Source: Felis catus (taxonomy: Eukaryota). From it: DNA of 64,000 nucleotides. The notes beneath the pieces were generated by a model, which saw nothing but the letters and a program-made list of their open reading frames with translations, ran no database searches and was not told the origin of the DNA. Location of the stretch: NCBI RefSeq assembly GCF_018350175.1, contig NC_058368.1, positions 136,960,001 through 137,024,000 on the forward strand, given 5' to 3'. Positions 51,625-64,000 of the stretch are shown here, piece after piece. Every line of letters begins with the position of its first letter. Within the stretch, counting starts at the first letter, position 1. The translations under genes were made by a program, and so were the position numbers.

Positions 51625-51851
51625 CTTTTTTTTATTTAAAAACATTTTTTAATGTTTATTTATTTTTGAGAGAGAGACAGAGAGTGAGTGGGGGAGGGGC
51701 AGAGGGAAAGGGAGACAGAATCCGGAGCAGCCTCCAGGCTCTGAGCAAGCTGTCAGTACAGAGCTTGATGTGAGGCTTGAACTCACAAACTGCGAGATCA
51801 TGACCTGAGCCGAAGTTGGACACTTAACCGACTGAGCCAACCAGGCGCCCC
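51625..51851 (-). mobile_element. Can-SINE
   Basis: TSD tag(a/g)attgacat. Confidence 0.92.
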
Positions 51852-54800
51852 TAGGATTGACATTTCTAATGCAATACTGATTTCAAAAGCATATTTATTT
51901 TCAGTGTTGGAATTTTTATTTGATCACCATCGACCTTCTAAGGCAAAGAACATCGTTGAACAGAGATGATGTGTCCTTTAACATCAACAGCAGAATTGTG
52001 TCCCCCAAATGCAGAGACTTTACATATGTGCATTGTAATTTCCTCCCTATTTTAATATGATAAAAATTTTCCCCAGTTTCTGACTTGTGTATATACACAC
52101 CCCACCCCTAAAATAGTAGTGTGCCTGTTCTAGAATAAAATCATTAACTCAGGAGCTTTAAAAAGGCATTGAGATCCATCCATGGACATCTTTTCCAGAT
52201 CTTTAAAACAGCAGTCCCCTCTGCAAAAAGGTCCTAAGGGATGCTACCAATCTACAGAAGTCAAGGAGAACTAGATCTGCTTCCTCTCAGCATTCTTGAG
52301 AAATAAATCAGGTGTAGCTGCTGCTAGTTATTAATATCTCTGTCTTCTGAGCACAGGGTGCTAAGGAGAAGCCCTAGGGTGTAAAAGAAAAACACAAAAA
52401 AGCAAACTCAATGGGGATGGGGAGGGTTGAACGGAAGAGCAGGGAAAGGATGTCATCCTTGGGAGGTAATCTATCTTGAAATCAATCAACTTAAAACTCC
52501 CAGTGGACTCTACAAAAATATTAACAAACTCCTAGAAAACCTCACTGTGTGCCACCCGCATGCTCCCTTCTATTTCTAAAAATAGGCCCACAGACATCCA
52601 TGGCACATAGGGATTCCCATGCAGGAGGCAAGAGTGATCTGAGAGCAGCAGTAATCTTGGCCAAGGACAGAGGGTAGGGGGGCTGCGGGCCCTCCCCCGG
52701 CCAGTAACCTGTGACTTCTCCCAGAAAATTGCATATTATAAGACAGTTCCCCACCGGGATGAGCAAGACAATATTTAAAGAAGAACTGAAATTGTGAAAT
52801 AGCCACCTCTGGGATAATCGGGAGCCTTGCTTTGGAGGCTGAGGGTATCTGGGTTTGAATTCTTTGTGTTAGCAGTTTTGAGAAACTGAGCAAGTTAATT
52901 TTGGGGCTTGGTTTCCTCATCCATGGGGTTGGGATATCCTCCCCTGGGTTTTTAGAGACTTAAAACAGAGCATGTATGTGGAAGTGTGTTAAACACTAGT
53001 CAGTGTGGTGCTCGTGAGGCTAAGGAAGAGTGGACAGGAGGGGAGGACAGCTACTGGGATCAGTAGATAGACACTGACTGACAGCATCTCTCTTTTCCAA
53101 GCTGAAGCTCTTGTCCACATCTGGGTCTCTGCTTTGCAGGTCAAAACCAAGACTTGACCCATTTGCACTGAGTTGGTCTTGTCACAACAGTGAACGTGAA
53201 CCAGGCTAAAGGAGGCCATTGGGTGAGGCCAGGAAGTGTGTGTTCCCTCAGTGAGGAGATCAACCTTCTAGTTTGAGAATATTCCCCCATCTCTTCTCTG
53301 TGGATCTTTGTTCTATTGGGGAGATAGCCCTGAGCTTACATTGATAACAGATGGTGAGTGGGGACAGAAGGGATTGAGTGGTCTCCTGAGCTACTTCATC
53401 CAGTCTGTGGGACCCTGAAGTATCGCCCCCAGTATAAGATCAGAGGTCACCTTCCCAGGGACAGGAGGACCTGTTTGTCAAACCCTAAGTCTCCAATACA
53501 AGGATGGTGCTGAGTCAATACTGGCAAACTGACTCTTGAGACTCCCACTGGAGTGTGAGGGCATGGGCTGGGTCTGTTTTGTTTACTGCTGCATTTCCAG
53601 TGTCCATCATGGACTGACAGCTAACCTCTCTGTGTCCATATGAGAGGTTCTTGTTATAACATTCCTCCAAAGTGGGATTTTTTGCAGAGCAGAGGCTCAG
53701 TAAACTGCTATGGGATGAGAGAAGGAATGAAAAGTTCTTGTTTTTAAAGTCTCCACCTGGAACTTTTAAGTGTATCATTTTATCTCACTTTATTTAGACT
53801 GCAGGTGACTTTTTGAAACATCCCTAATCAGAGCATGAGCACACTCATAAACTCTCAGGTAGCTATTGTGGGAAGAACTCGATATATACACCTTGTGTGC
53901 ATTGTTGCTTATCCCCCTGAGTTTTCAAGGGCTCCTTTCTCTGAACTGTCCCTCAAATCACAGTAAACCATAAACCCTGGCTATATCCAAGATGGGAAAT
54001 ATATGGAAAATAATGCTAGAGAGCCATCTTCCAAGTGCCACAAAGTTCTGCAAACCACTCAGAAAACAGATGCCTGAAAGTCCAACGGGAAATAGTGGAT
54101 ACAAAGACAGACCCTTGGATCAAGACTGGGAAGCACAGATCAAGACTAGGTAGTCACCCTGCACTCTTCTACCCAAAGGAGATGTTTGAAAAGTTAGTAG
54201 CAGTCCACTTTGTGTACTATGAGGTAAGGGTGCAGGCTTAGAATAATGAATTGCTATGGTCAGAGAATGTTCCTGACTTTCTTCCTTGTATACTCAATCA
54301 CCATAGCAAATAGGCTGTAAGTCAGGAAGCACATAGCTTGGGGAGGCATATATTGTGTCGATCTGTGTTAGAGGCATCTGGGACTCAAGACTACTTCTTT
54401 AACAGGTATCATCCACAAGAGTTAGTTATGAGGAAATAGGGAATGAAAAGATGTTAAAAATAAAATCTTCTTTTGAACCATAAAGACCAATTAGAAATGC
54501 AAAGCCTAAGATGAAACTGCATTTAGTTTGGAGGAAAAAAAAATGCTTCTAATAATGCCCTTTAATCAGGAATTCACCTACTGCACAAAAATATAAATAT
54601 TCCCCAGATAAAATTACTGGTATTTTGTGGTTCTCATTCAAATCGAAGGTCATTCCAGTAAATGCTATCAGAAGAGTCATGGTGAGTCAGCATGCCAGAG
54701 TCAGATCTGTTATCTTGACTCCATAACACTGATTTTTGTTCATCCTGAAATTCATGAAGTAATATTCTCTTGTGTTCTTTATTCCTTGAAGATTTCCACG

Positions 54801-55652
54801 TTTCATTGGAAAATGTTACATTTTGCTCCTAGAGACACTGGCTTCCCTTTTAATTTGAGAGAGTGGCACTTTCTTATGTGGTCTGCCCTGGAGCTCTGCT
54901 CTCAACAAAGATGGAAGCAGGGAGGAGATGGGAGTTGAGGGGACATTTCAGAATAAAGAGCAGTGCTAAGAGAAACAAAGGGGTAGGGAGTTGTGGGAAG
55001 GTAACGGGAAGGCGGGATGGCAGATGCATGGACTGACAACTAACCTCTCTCTGTCCATGTGGGAAGAATGTTACAACATTCCTCCACCGTGGGATTTTAT
55101 TGGATCACCTGGTTCTTTGTGAAGTTTTGGTAACAAAGGGAGACTTTGAGTCTTGAAATTAAACATTCTAATGATTGAACCCCATTGTCTTAATATGTAC
55201 ATAGTTATATTGCTAATTTCTTCATCTGCATATATTTGGCAAATAACGAGTCAATCTTACTTTGCTATAATTGGCAGGAATAGAAGGATCTGTGTATGCA
55301 GATGCTAGATAGGGCAATATGTTCTAAAGAAGTGAATGGTCAGCCATGTCACTCCCTGGATTGTAGGATTGACAAGAAAAGGTAGTTAGATACCTGGTAG
55401 CCAGACCCCAGGTAGCCCCTTCTGGATGCCCTTGTGGCCCTTATTTAATTTATAAACCCGAGTTCCTCCTATTTTGTTATAAAAAGTAATCCGTCAACCC
55501 ACAGCATGAGCTGAGTCTTCTAGGGGATCAGAAAATATTCATTGGTAATGAGACCTGTCTACCTGTGAAATAGTCAATCAAACTCACATAATTTATTTTT
55601 TTAAGTTCCTAAATATATCACCAAGACATTACATAAAGTCAAGTTTAGTTTT

Positions 55653-55860
55653 TCTTTTTCTTTTTTTAAATGTTTATTTTTGAGAGAGACAGAGCATTGG
55701 TGGGGAAGGGGCAGAGAGAGAGGGAGACACAGAATCCGAAGCAGGCTCCAGGCTCTGAGCTGTCAGCATAGAGCCCAACATGGGGCTTGAACCCACGAGC
55801 CTTGAGATCATGACCTGAGCTGAAGTCAGATGCCCAACCAACTGAGCCCCCAGGCGTCCC
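55653..55860 (-). mobile_element. Can-SINE
   Basis: TSD tcaagtttagtttt at 55639-55652 and 55861-55874. Confidence 0.93.
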
Positions 55861-57170
55861 TCAAGTTTAGTTTTACAATGTTTAAATTGTCCATGCTAGT
55901 TTTGCATTTATTACCCCCCACACACATGTATTTTTTAAAGAGGCCTTATTAAAATAACGACAACAAAGTCTGGTACTAACTTGCATAGATTAAATAGATG
56001 TGGGACAAATAAATAAATAAATAAATAGATGTGGGTTTCAGTTAAGAAAGTGTTCAATGCCTAGGTCAAATTTCTGGAAAGCAGGAATGAATATAATTAC
56101 TTGAGCCCTGGAACAGCTGCTAGGGTGTTGGGGTTATCTCTGCCCTCGTGACCCATTTAAAGGAAGGAAATGAATTGGAGATGTGACTTAGCAGTTCTCT
56201 TTCCCAGCCCTCAGAGCTAATATATCTCTTGTGGATAGGGCCCTAACTGGAATGTTAAAAATTTTCTCCTACTTTCTTTTGGGGGAAATGTCTTTAGAAT
56301 ACATGTCAATTTTTTTTTTTTTTTTTGCTTTTATGATCATAGGTCGAGTACACTTGATATACCTACTCTCAGCTAAGCAAATATACACATGAATGTTAGA
56401 AAGCTTCATTTTGTCTATCTCTGGGGAATGACAGCATATTTGGTTAGGTAGGCCTTAGAATGGGTAGCTAATGCCAGAAAATATGACCATCTGGCATCAA
56501 AAGTGGTAAGAATTAACATGTAATAAATGAGATTAGCCATTGATGGAGAAGGAACCTATCTTCAAAGTAGAACTTGAGGCAGTATTTTTGGGAGAGGGGA
56601 GGGGAGAACTGTTTTGTACCTTGATTGTGGTGCTGGTTACACAACTATGTATCTGTCAAAACTCCTAAAACTCAAATGAATTTTACTGTATGTAATGTAA
56701 AAATAAGCTTAAAAATATTTTTTAAAAATGCCAAAAAATGCTGCTCTGCGCATTATTATAAAAAAGAGTAATGGAGGATATTTGAGAAATATTCAACAAT
56801 AGTCAAGGAAACCAGACTCCACCCTCTAATCAAGTCTTATCTTTGTAATGCATCTAATAACATGCATATGGTATATGAAGAGGGGAGCTTTGTTGTAAGT
56901 ATTTGATGATCTTAGTTACTGCTCTTTCCAAAGGGGAGACTCAGAATATGGCCAATATACCAATTTTTTTTTACTTTGTTTTGTTTTGTATGCTATTCAG
57001 CAAGAATATTATAGGGGCACAGACGGTGTTTTAAGTTATCCTTCAAGGTCTAATCTGTGGCCCTGATTGCATATTCAGTAAAGAATCGTCTGTAATTTCT
57101 CCAACATTTTTGAAATGTAAAGTCTACCGTCAGTGGACAAGATCAGTCTGGTCATTAGGAAATATATTTC

Positions 57171-57399
57171 GGGGCGCCTGGGTGGCTCAGTCGGTTGAGC
57201 GGCCGACTTCGGCTCAGGTCATGATCTCGTGGTGCGTGAGTTCAAACCCCGCGTCGGGCTCTGTGCTGACTGCTCAGAGCCTGGAGCCTGTTTCAGATTC
57301 TGTGTCTCCCTCTCTCTCTGACCCTCCCCCGTTCATGCTCTGTCTCTCTCTGTCTCAAAAATAAATAAACGTTAAAAAAAATAAAAAAATAAAAAAAAA
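57171..57399 (+). mobile_element. Can-SINE (SINEC_Fc-like)
   Basis: Perfect TSD aggaaatatatttc at 57157-57170 and 57400-57413. Confidence 0.95.
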
Positions 57400-59271
57400 A
57401 GGAAATATATTTCTACCCTTTGTAAGTCAATAGATTGGTATCGACATTCGGGTCCATAGGTTACTCTTGTGAATGAACCATTTCTTCTAAGAGTGATTAA
57501 CTGAGTGCTCTACAGGAGGCAGAGAGAGCCTCACCTACTGGCAGCTTTATGGAGACTTACAGGTGAAACTTTCCTTTCTAGCAGAGCTGGAAGAAAATTC
57601 CTCACTTCTCTGATATTTATCACATTTGTCTGATGTTTTACTCATTGACTAGTTCCTGTGCTGCTAGTCAGCTTTCTGTGTAGGTAGGTATTTTATATTT
57701 CTAACACAATCTGGTCAGAGAGTCAGAAACTTGCCTGGTACCTTATCTATTGTTGGGATCCAGCGATTGTGTGGGAATTTATCAGACAAGTCCCATGCTC
57801 TAGCTTGCTCTTCTTCCCTGATTCCAAGCAGAATTTTGATGTTACCTGAAAGAAGCAATAACTGGTTGACTTGCCCTGGCCTAAGTCCAGCCCAGGTCAA
57901 CTTCACATCAATAAGCTGCCAAGAACAACTGTGGTGAGGAAGGTGGTTTAGCTAAGGTGTAGCAATGACTAGAGTTTTGCTTTTCAGAAAGCATGGCCCC
58001 CCCTTGCTTCATCCTGTTATGCCATCCTTAGCCTATGTGCACCGTATTCCTTTGACCTGGAAGGTGACACTGAAATAATATGAATGAATTTGAGAGGGCT
58101 CTGGAAATGCCCATTGATCAAATGCTGCAGAGGGTATGTGTCACCATAGAGTAGAACATGCCCACGTTCTAACAAACAATATCCTAGAAAGGAGGGGCAT
58201 AAGAATTTCTCTCAGTTTTTCCACAATTGCAAGTTCCCCCATGATTCTCTGGGCAAATGCCCATTAGTCTCGTGGAAATGCCTATCCTAATGGGCAGAGG
58301 GGTCTTTGATTTCACCTTTTCTTTTTATTTTTATGTGGAAAAAAATCCTGCTCTATTTCCATCTTCTGATGAGTGATCGCTTTTGATCCTGGATACCAGT
58401 TTTCCCCTCACGCTTTTTAGTTCAAGGTCTTCTCATTGCCCTGCTTCATGTTGATTTTTCTGTTGATTCTGCTCACTAAAAGCATTCTTGGAAAATGCAG
58501 TATATACATTTATCACCTCATGTACTTGTACCTATAGCCTGTCTCTTGAAGGAAATACAAGAATCTGGTAATACTTGTTGCCTCTGAGGAGGAAGACTGT
58601 ATAGCTGGTAGAGGAAGGCTTGGGAATCCAGCAGTCGAGGTACCAATTCAGGATGGAGCATTGCCGTCATAATCTGTAGGACAGTGCCCTGTGGGTGTAA
58701 GGTTCTCTGGGTGGAGAGGAAACTTTTAATTATATACCCTTCAACTATATTTTTGCACACTGTGACTGACTTAGCTATTCAAATACTTGCATTAATAAAA
58801 TAAAAATACATATTGACTTTGAAACAGCAGACATTCAGACAAAATTAGACTTGGGATCCCCTTCTTTTTGAGTGCTGAAGAATTATTTTGAAACATTTCT
58901 TTGGACTCTTCAAGTTTTCTACCCAAGATCCCTGGTGCCCCTGGAATAGTTAACCCTGGTTTATATTTGGGCATGCATCTTTTTGACCCAGGCAAATAAA
59001 GCAACTGCAAAGACTCAGACTTGGAGAAGCCTCCTCAAAGGTGTCACTCAGCAAACTGTTTCAGGTGCTTCCTATGTGCCTGCACTGTGTGGGAGCCAGA
59101 GGATGATGTCTAATAAACCAAATGCTAACTTAAAAGTACTCACTATCTGGGAGAAGAAACTGACAGATATATGTGGAGAAAAATATTCTAGGAGCTACAA
59201 TGGAGGATCCTTGAACTGGCAGGTTGATTAGCTGATGAGAGAACAAGAAGCCGAATGACATTTTCTTTCAA

Positions 59272-59451
59272 GGGATGCCTGGGCGGCTCAGTTGGTTAAG
59301 TGTCCAACTCTTGATTCTGGCTCAGGTCATGATCTCAAGGTTTGTGGGATTGAGCCCTGCATCGGGCTCTGCACTGACAGTACAGAGATTCTTTATCCTG
59401 CTGTCTCTTGCCCCTGTCCTGCTCACTCTGTCTCCATCTCCATCTCTCCCT

Positions 59452-59495
<44 letters not shown>

Positions 59496-59720
59496 ATAAA
59501 TAAAATTTATTCTTATTTATTTATTTTTTAAATGTTTATTTTTGAGAGAGAGAGAGCCCATGAGTGGGGGTGGGGCAGAGAAAGAGTAGGGGACAGAGGA
59601 TCCAAAGTGGGCTCCGCACTGACAGCAGTGAGCCCGTTATGGGACTTGAACTCACAAACCGCGAGATCATGCCCTGAGCCGAAGTTGGATGCTCAACTGA
59701 TGGAGCCACCCAGGTGCTCC
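59272..59720. mobile_element. Tail-to-tail Can-SINE pair (+ copy ~59272-59505, - copy ~59506-59720)
   Basis: Two SINE bodies in opposite orientation; the minus copy sits in the A-rich tail of the plus copy. Confidence 0.88.
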
Positions 59721-59746
59721 AATCTTAAAAAATATTTTCTTTCAAG

Positions 59747-60018
59747 GGAAACCCTCTTATCCTGTTGGTGGCAATGCAAACTGCTGCAGCCACTCTGGAA
59801 AACAGTATAGAGGTTCCTCAAAAAGTTAAAAGTAGAACTACCCTACGACCCAGCAATTACACTACTCGATATTTACCCAAAGGATACAAAAATACCAATG
59901 AAAAAAACATCGGCACATGCACCCCGATGTTTATAGCAGCATTATCAACTATAGCCAAATTATGGAAAAAGCCCAAATGTCTGATGATTGATGAATGGCT
60001 AAAGAAGATACGGTGTGT

Positions 60019-60063
<45 letters not shown>

Positions 60064-60460
60064 GGAATATTAGCCATAAAAAAGAATGAAATCTTGCCAT
60101 TTGCAATGATGTGGTTGGAGCTAAAGTGTATTTTCCTAAGCGAAATTAGTCAGTTGGATGAAGACAAATACCATATGAATTCACTCATATTAGGAGTTAA
60201 AGAAATGAAGCAGATGAATATAGACGAAGGGGAAAAAAGAGGGAGGCAAACCATAAGAGACTCTTAACTAGAAAGAACAGACTTGAGGGTTGCTGGAGGA
60301 GAAGTGGGTGGGGGATGGGCCAAATGGGTGATGGGTATTAAGGAGGGCGCTTGTGATGAGCATTGGGTGTTCTGATGTAAGTGATAAATCACTAAATTCT
60401 ACTTCTGAAACTAATGTTACAGTGTATGTCAATTCGCTAGAATTTAAATAAAAACTTTAA
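59747..60460 (+). mobile_element. 5'-truncated carnivore L1 3' end containing (CA)n at 60021-60061
   Basis: Decayed ORF2 C-terminus (CTPMFIAALSTIAKLWKKPKC), L1 3' UTR and aataaa tail; TSD ttaaaaaatattttcttt(c/g)aag. Confidence 0.9.
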
Positions 60461-62310
60461 AAAATATTTTCTTTGAAGATATTCCTCTATTTCCTTTTTT
60501 ATCATTAAAACTTCAATTAGAGTAACATGAAACAGATGAAGGAGTATCTGTGGATGTGAGGAAAACCTTCCCTCTCCCCAACCAGTGCCCCAGCCTTCCC
60601 TATCATGTATCCTGCAGAGCAGATGAAGACTTTGGTGACTTGAAAAGTGGGCTGACCTTTAACTAGCTGCACCAAGAAAAGCAGGTGTATATAAGACAAA
60701 AATAAATTACATTCAACCTTGGAAGTTCAGATAAAGATGAGTCTGATGTGAAGATTCACAGTAATTACAGAGTCACACCCTGCAAATATGACTAATCCAG
60801 TTTCTCCATTCCACCCATCCCTGAGTTTTTCCTTGGCTCCTTCCCCAGTGCTGAGAAGCAACTTTGGGATGCTAAGGGTGAGACCCTTCGATTTGGGGCA
60901 ATGTCAGGTCCTCCCCCGGTAATTACTGTGTAATTAAGTTGTGTAAAAGCTTCCAGGGTAAAAGTCAAATCCTATTTATGCCACTGCAGAATCATAAAAT
61001 GTCAAAGCACAGGCATGCTCCAGCCCTCAGAGAGAATTAGTGCCTTCTTCCTCTCATCTCCCCTGGTTTGTGCCTCCAGTGACCTGCTTCCCCACAACAC
61101 TGTCATCCCCTTGTAGTCCAGACTAATTCCGAAACTTTTCTGAGTCTTCACTGCTTTGTGAAATTACTGGGACTTACTAACATATTTAAGTGATAAAATT
61201 TCAAATTGTAATAGTTTCCTAGTCGTAAAATGATCTTGTTCTGTTTGGTAGCGCAAACAAGTAGATAAAACTACAGAAAAGTCGTGGAATTCTTTCCTTG
61301 TACTCTTTCCCTTCTACCTCCCTTCTAACAAATAGGCAGAACGCTTTGTTACTGTTTAGGATTAGTCATCAAAAGAAACAATTTGTTTTCAGATCTGGTT
61401 CATCTTGCTTTTTAATCACAAATGTGTTTTATATTCTAATCTGTTCTAATAATCTGTTATGTGTTGTCATTTAGAGAGTCGTCCTGGAGAGCAATGCTTA
61501 TTTACATTCCCAGGAAGGAGTACATTCATATTAGAATCCATAACTTTGATTCTAACTCATTTCTTTTGCATACCTTGGGTGCTTATTACTTTAAAATGTA
61601 ATAATACTCCAGGATTTGTAATTGCCTCAATATATCTCCTTCTAGCATTTTTCTTTGTTAATTTCTCCATTTAATAAGTTTTCTCCCATACACCCTAAAT
61701 GCTAACTTTATGTAAAAAAATAAGGAAGAAAGGGAGGAGGTGAAGGAGGGAGGGAGGAAACCAAGAAGTCACCCTGCCAACACCTTGCACATGGACCATG
61801 CATTTTGGGGTGATTATTAGGAAATCTTGTTCACTATTCCTTAGAAATGACTCTTAGCTTCTTTGTTTCCTTTCCTAGATCTAGGACTGTAGTTCAAGTG
61901 CCCACTTTACTCTTAGGTTACTTTCAACAGTTTCCATCCAATCTTTCAGACCTTTTTTCTCCATCTTTAAAAATTTCTTGAATACCAATGTCACATCCAT
62001 CTTCTAAAAAGTCATCACTTTTTCTAAGACAGCACTGTTCAGGAACCTTACAACAGTAGAATATAGATACTGCTATACATAGTGTGTAGAATTTGCTAAT
62101 TGCTATTTCAATATTCATCCTCCTCCTTCCTTTAGAAAGGGTTTCTAAAGGAAATACAGGTTTTTGCTTGCGGTGACAATGTGCCCAGCCAAAACACTAG
62201 TCTTTTCAGACTAACCCCTTCAGTTAGGGGTTACCTTGTACCACAGTTCTGACTAGTGAGATATAAGCAGCCAGCTGCTAGGGATTTCAGAGAAACCCTT
62301 TTGCATTTCT

Positions 62311-62527
62311 TTTTTTTTTTTTTTCAACGTTTATTTATTTTTGGGACAGAGAGAGACAGAGCACGAACGGGGGAGGGGCAGAGAGAGAGGGAGACACAGA
62401 ATCGGAAACAGGCTCCAGGCTCTGAGCCATCAGCCCAGAGCCCGACGCGGGGCTCGAACTCACGGACCGCGAGATCGTGACCTGGCTGAAGTCGGACGCT
62501 CAACCGACTGCGCCACCCAGGCGCCCC
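62311..62527 (-). mobile_element. Very young Can-SINE (SINEC_Fc-like)
   Basis: CpGs intact; TSD cccttttgcatttct at 62296-62310 and 62530-62544. Confidence 0.95.
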
Positions 62528-63349
62528 TCCCCTTTTGCATTTCTAATGTGGAAACCACTTGCTTTATCTTTTCCTTTTTTTCTTTTTTTCTGCCTGGAAT
62601 ATGGATAGGAGACTGGAAGTGGAATAGTCATGATGCAACCATGGAGCAACCAGGTTAATGACAGTGCTTTCCACAGAGTGTAGTAGAGGGGAAGAGGGAA
62701 ATTTTCAGTATGAAACTCGTACTCTGTTGCTGGCTGTCTTGTTATTAGATAAAATGAACCCTTTATTTGGTTAAGAAAATGTATTCAGAGTTCTATGGCT
62801 TACAACTAAACACAGTCCCCACCTGATGCACAGAGCAATGTAAACTCTTCTCCCTGACTCTCAGGTCCTTTAGAACAGATCCAACACAATTCCCCTTCTC
62901 ACTAAAATCGTCTCAACCCCAGTGAGACCAGGCTTTCACTATTCTGTACATGGAGCAAACTGATTTCTACCTCTCTGTCTTTGTTTAGACTGGTCAGCCA
63001 TGCAGGAATATTCTTTCCATTGATCCATTCCATCCTTCCAGGCTGAAGTTAAGTTCAGCTTCTTCCTGGAAACCTTTCCACCCTACTCTTATGCCCAGTT
63101 ACTTTCCCCTTCTTTCACATCCTATTGTATCGCCCCGCTCAATCCTGAGTGAAATACAGGTTTTTTTCTTTGCTTATTGCACTCTGGTTCTTTCATGCTT
63201 AGGTTTTGTTTACCCATAAGCTCCCTTCGGCCTGGATCCATACTCTTCTGTCTGCCATTGTGCCTTGCATGGTAGTGATTGCCCTGAAGTTACTTAATAC
63301 AGAGCTCTTGCCTGGTTGGGATTCTTACTATGCACTGCTGTATCTACTT

Positions 63350-63815
63350 TTTAAAGAATTTTTTTTTCAATTTTTTTAATGTTTATTCATTTTTGAGAGA
63401 AAGAGACATAGAGTGCAAGTGGGGGAGGGGCAGAGAGAGGGAGACACAGAATCCAAAGCAGGCTCCAGGCTCTGAGCTGTCAGCACAGAGCCTACCCGGA
63501 GCTCAAACTCACAAACTGTGAGATCATGACCTGAGGCGAAGTCGGACACTTAACCAACTGAGCCACGCAGGCACTCCTGTGTCTGGTTTTTTTTTTTTTT
63601 AATTTTTTATTTCAACGTTTATTTATTTTTGGGACAGAGAGAGACAGAGCATGAACGGGGGAGGGGCAGAGAGAGAGGGAGACACAGAATCGGAAACAGG
63701 CTCCAGGCTCTGAGCCATCAGCCCAGAGCCTGACGTGGGGTTTGAACTCACGGACCGCGAGGTCGTGACCTGGCTGAAGTCGGACGCTTAACCGACTGCG
63801 CCACCCAGGCGCCCC
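63350..63815 (-). mobile_element. Two adjacent Can-SINEs (older ~63350-63577, younger ~63592-63815)
   Basis: Younger copy has a perfect TSD tcctgtgtctggttttt at 63575-63591 and 63816-63832. Confidence 0.92.
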
Positions 63816-64000
63816 TCCTGTGTCTGGTTTTTAAAACACGTTTGTCTATGGCTTTAAGAGGACATGTGAATTTAGGCTGTATTTCTGTCTAGTAAGTTAG
63901 TATTCCCATAGGCTGCCAATTCAGAATCAGTATGAATTTGCCAGTTGGAGAAAGTTGCAGCAGCAAACATTGTCATTGTGGATTGTTGCTGTGATCATTG

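Noticed and set aside
59765..60267. ORFs with protein-like sequence
   Set aside because: Decayed L1 ORF2 C-terminus plus a (CA)n repeat, not a host gene.
1218..63521. Recurrent short ORFs such as MAQSVKCPTLAQVMIS and SLSLSL/VCVCVC
   Set aside because: Translations of Can-SINEs and microsatellites; the tRNA-like SINE heads are not tRNA genes.
49200..64000. Search for ZNF366 exon 1 and promoter
   Set aside because: No CpG island or convincing promoter plus donor was seen; probably beyond the window edge, though a CpG-poor exon cannot be excluded.
1..64000. CRISPR arrays, operons, rRNA genes or prokaryotic-type systems
   Set aside because: None seen; the repeated units are interspersed eukaryotic retroelements with TSDs, not regularly spaced arrays.

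Overview
Mammalian genomic DNA from a carnivore, most likely a felid, judged from the many tRNA-derived Can-SINE/SINEC_Fc-type elements; the species cannot be determined. The only supportable protein-coding gene is ZNF366 (DC-SCRIPT) on the minus strand. Its four coding exons (49103-47772, 44163-43972, 33842-33668, 30794-30259) have GT-AG junctions and join into a 2235-nt CDS (744 aa) with a Pro-rich N-terminus, 11 C2H2 fingers, a PFDLS CtBP motif and an LKELL LxxLL motif. A long 3' UTR probably ends near 26560. The non-coding first exon and promoter were not found and probably lie beyond the right edge. The rest is intronic or intergenic sequence with SINEs, L1, L2, CR1/L3, MIR, ERVL/MaLR and hAT fossils, plus microsatellites. 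The most striking observation is two perfect 15-bp estrogen response elements 25 bp apart (44894-44933) in an intron of this known estrogen-receptor corepressor, suggesting a feedback enhancer. Repeat family names come from recognition, not a database search, and old-repeat boundaries are approximate.
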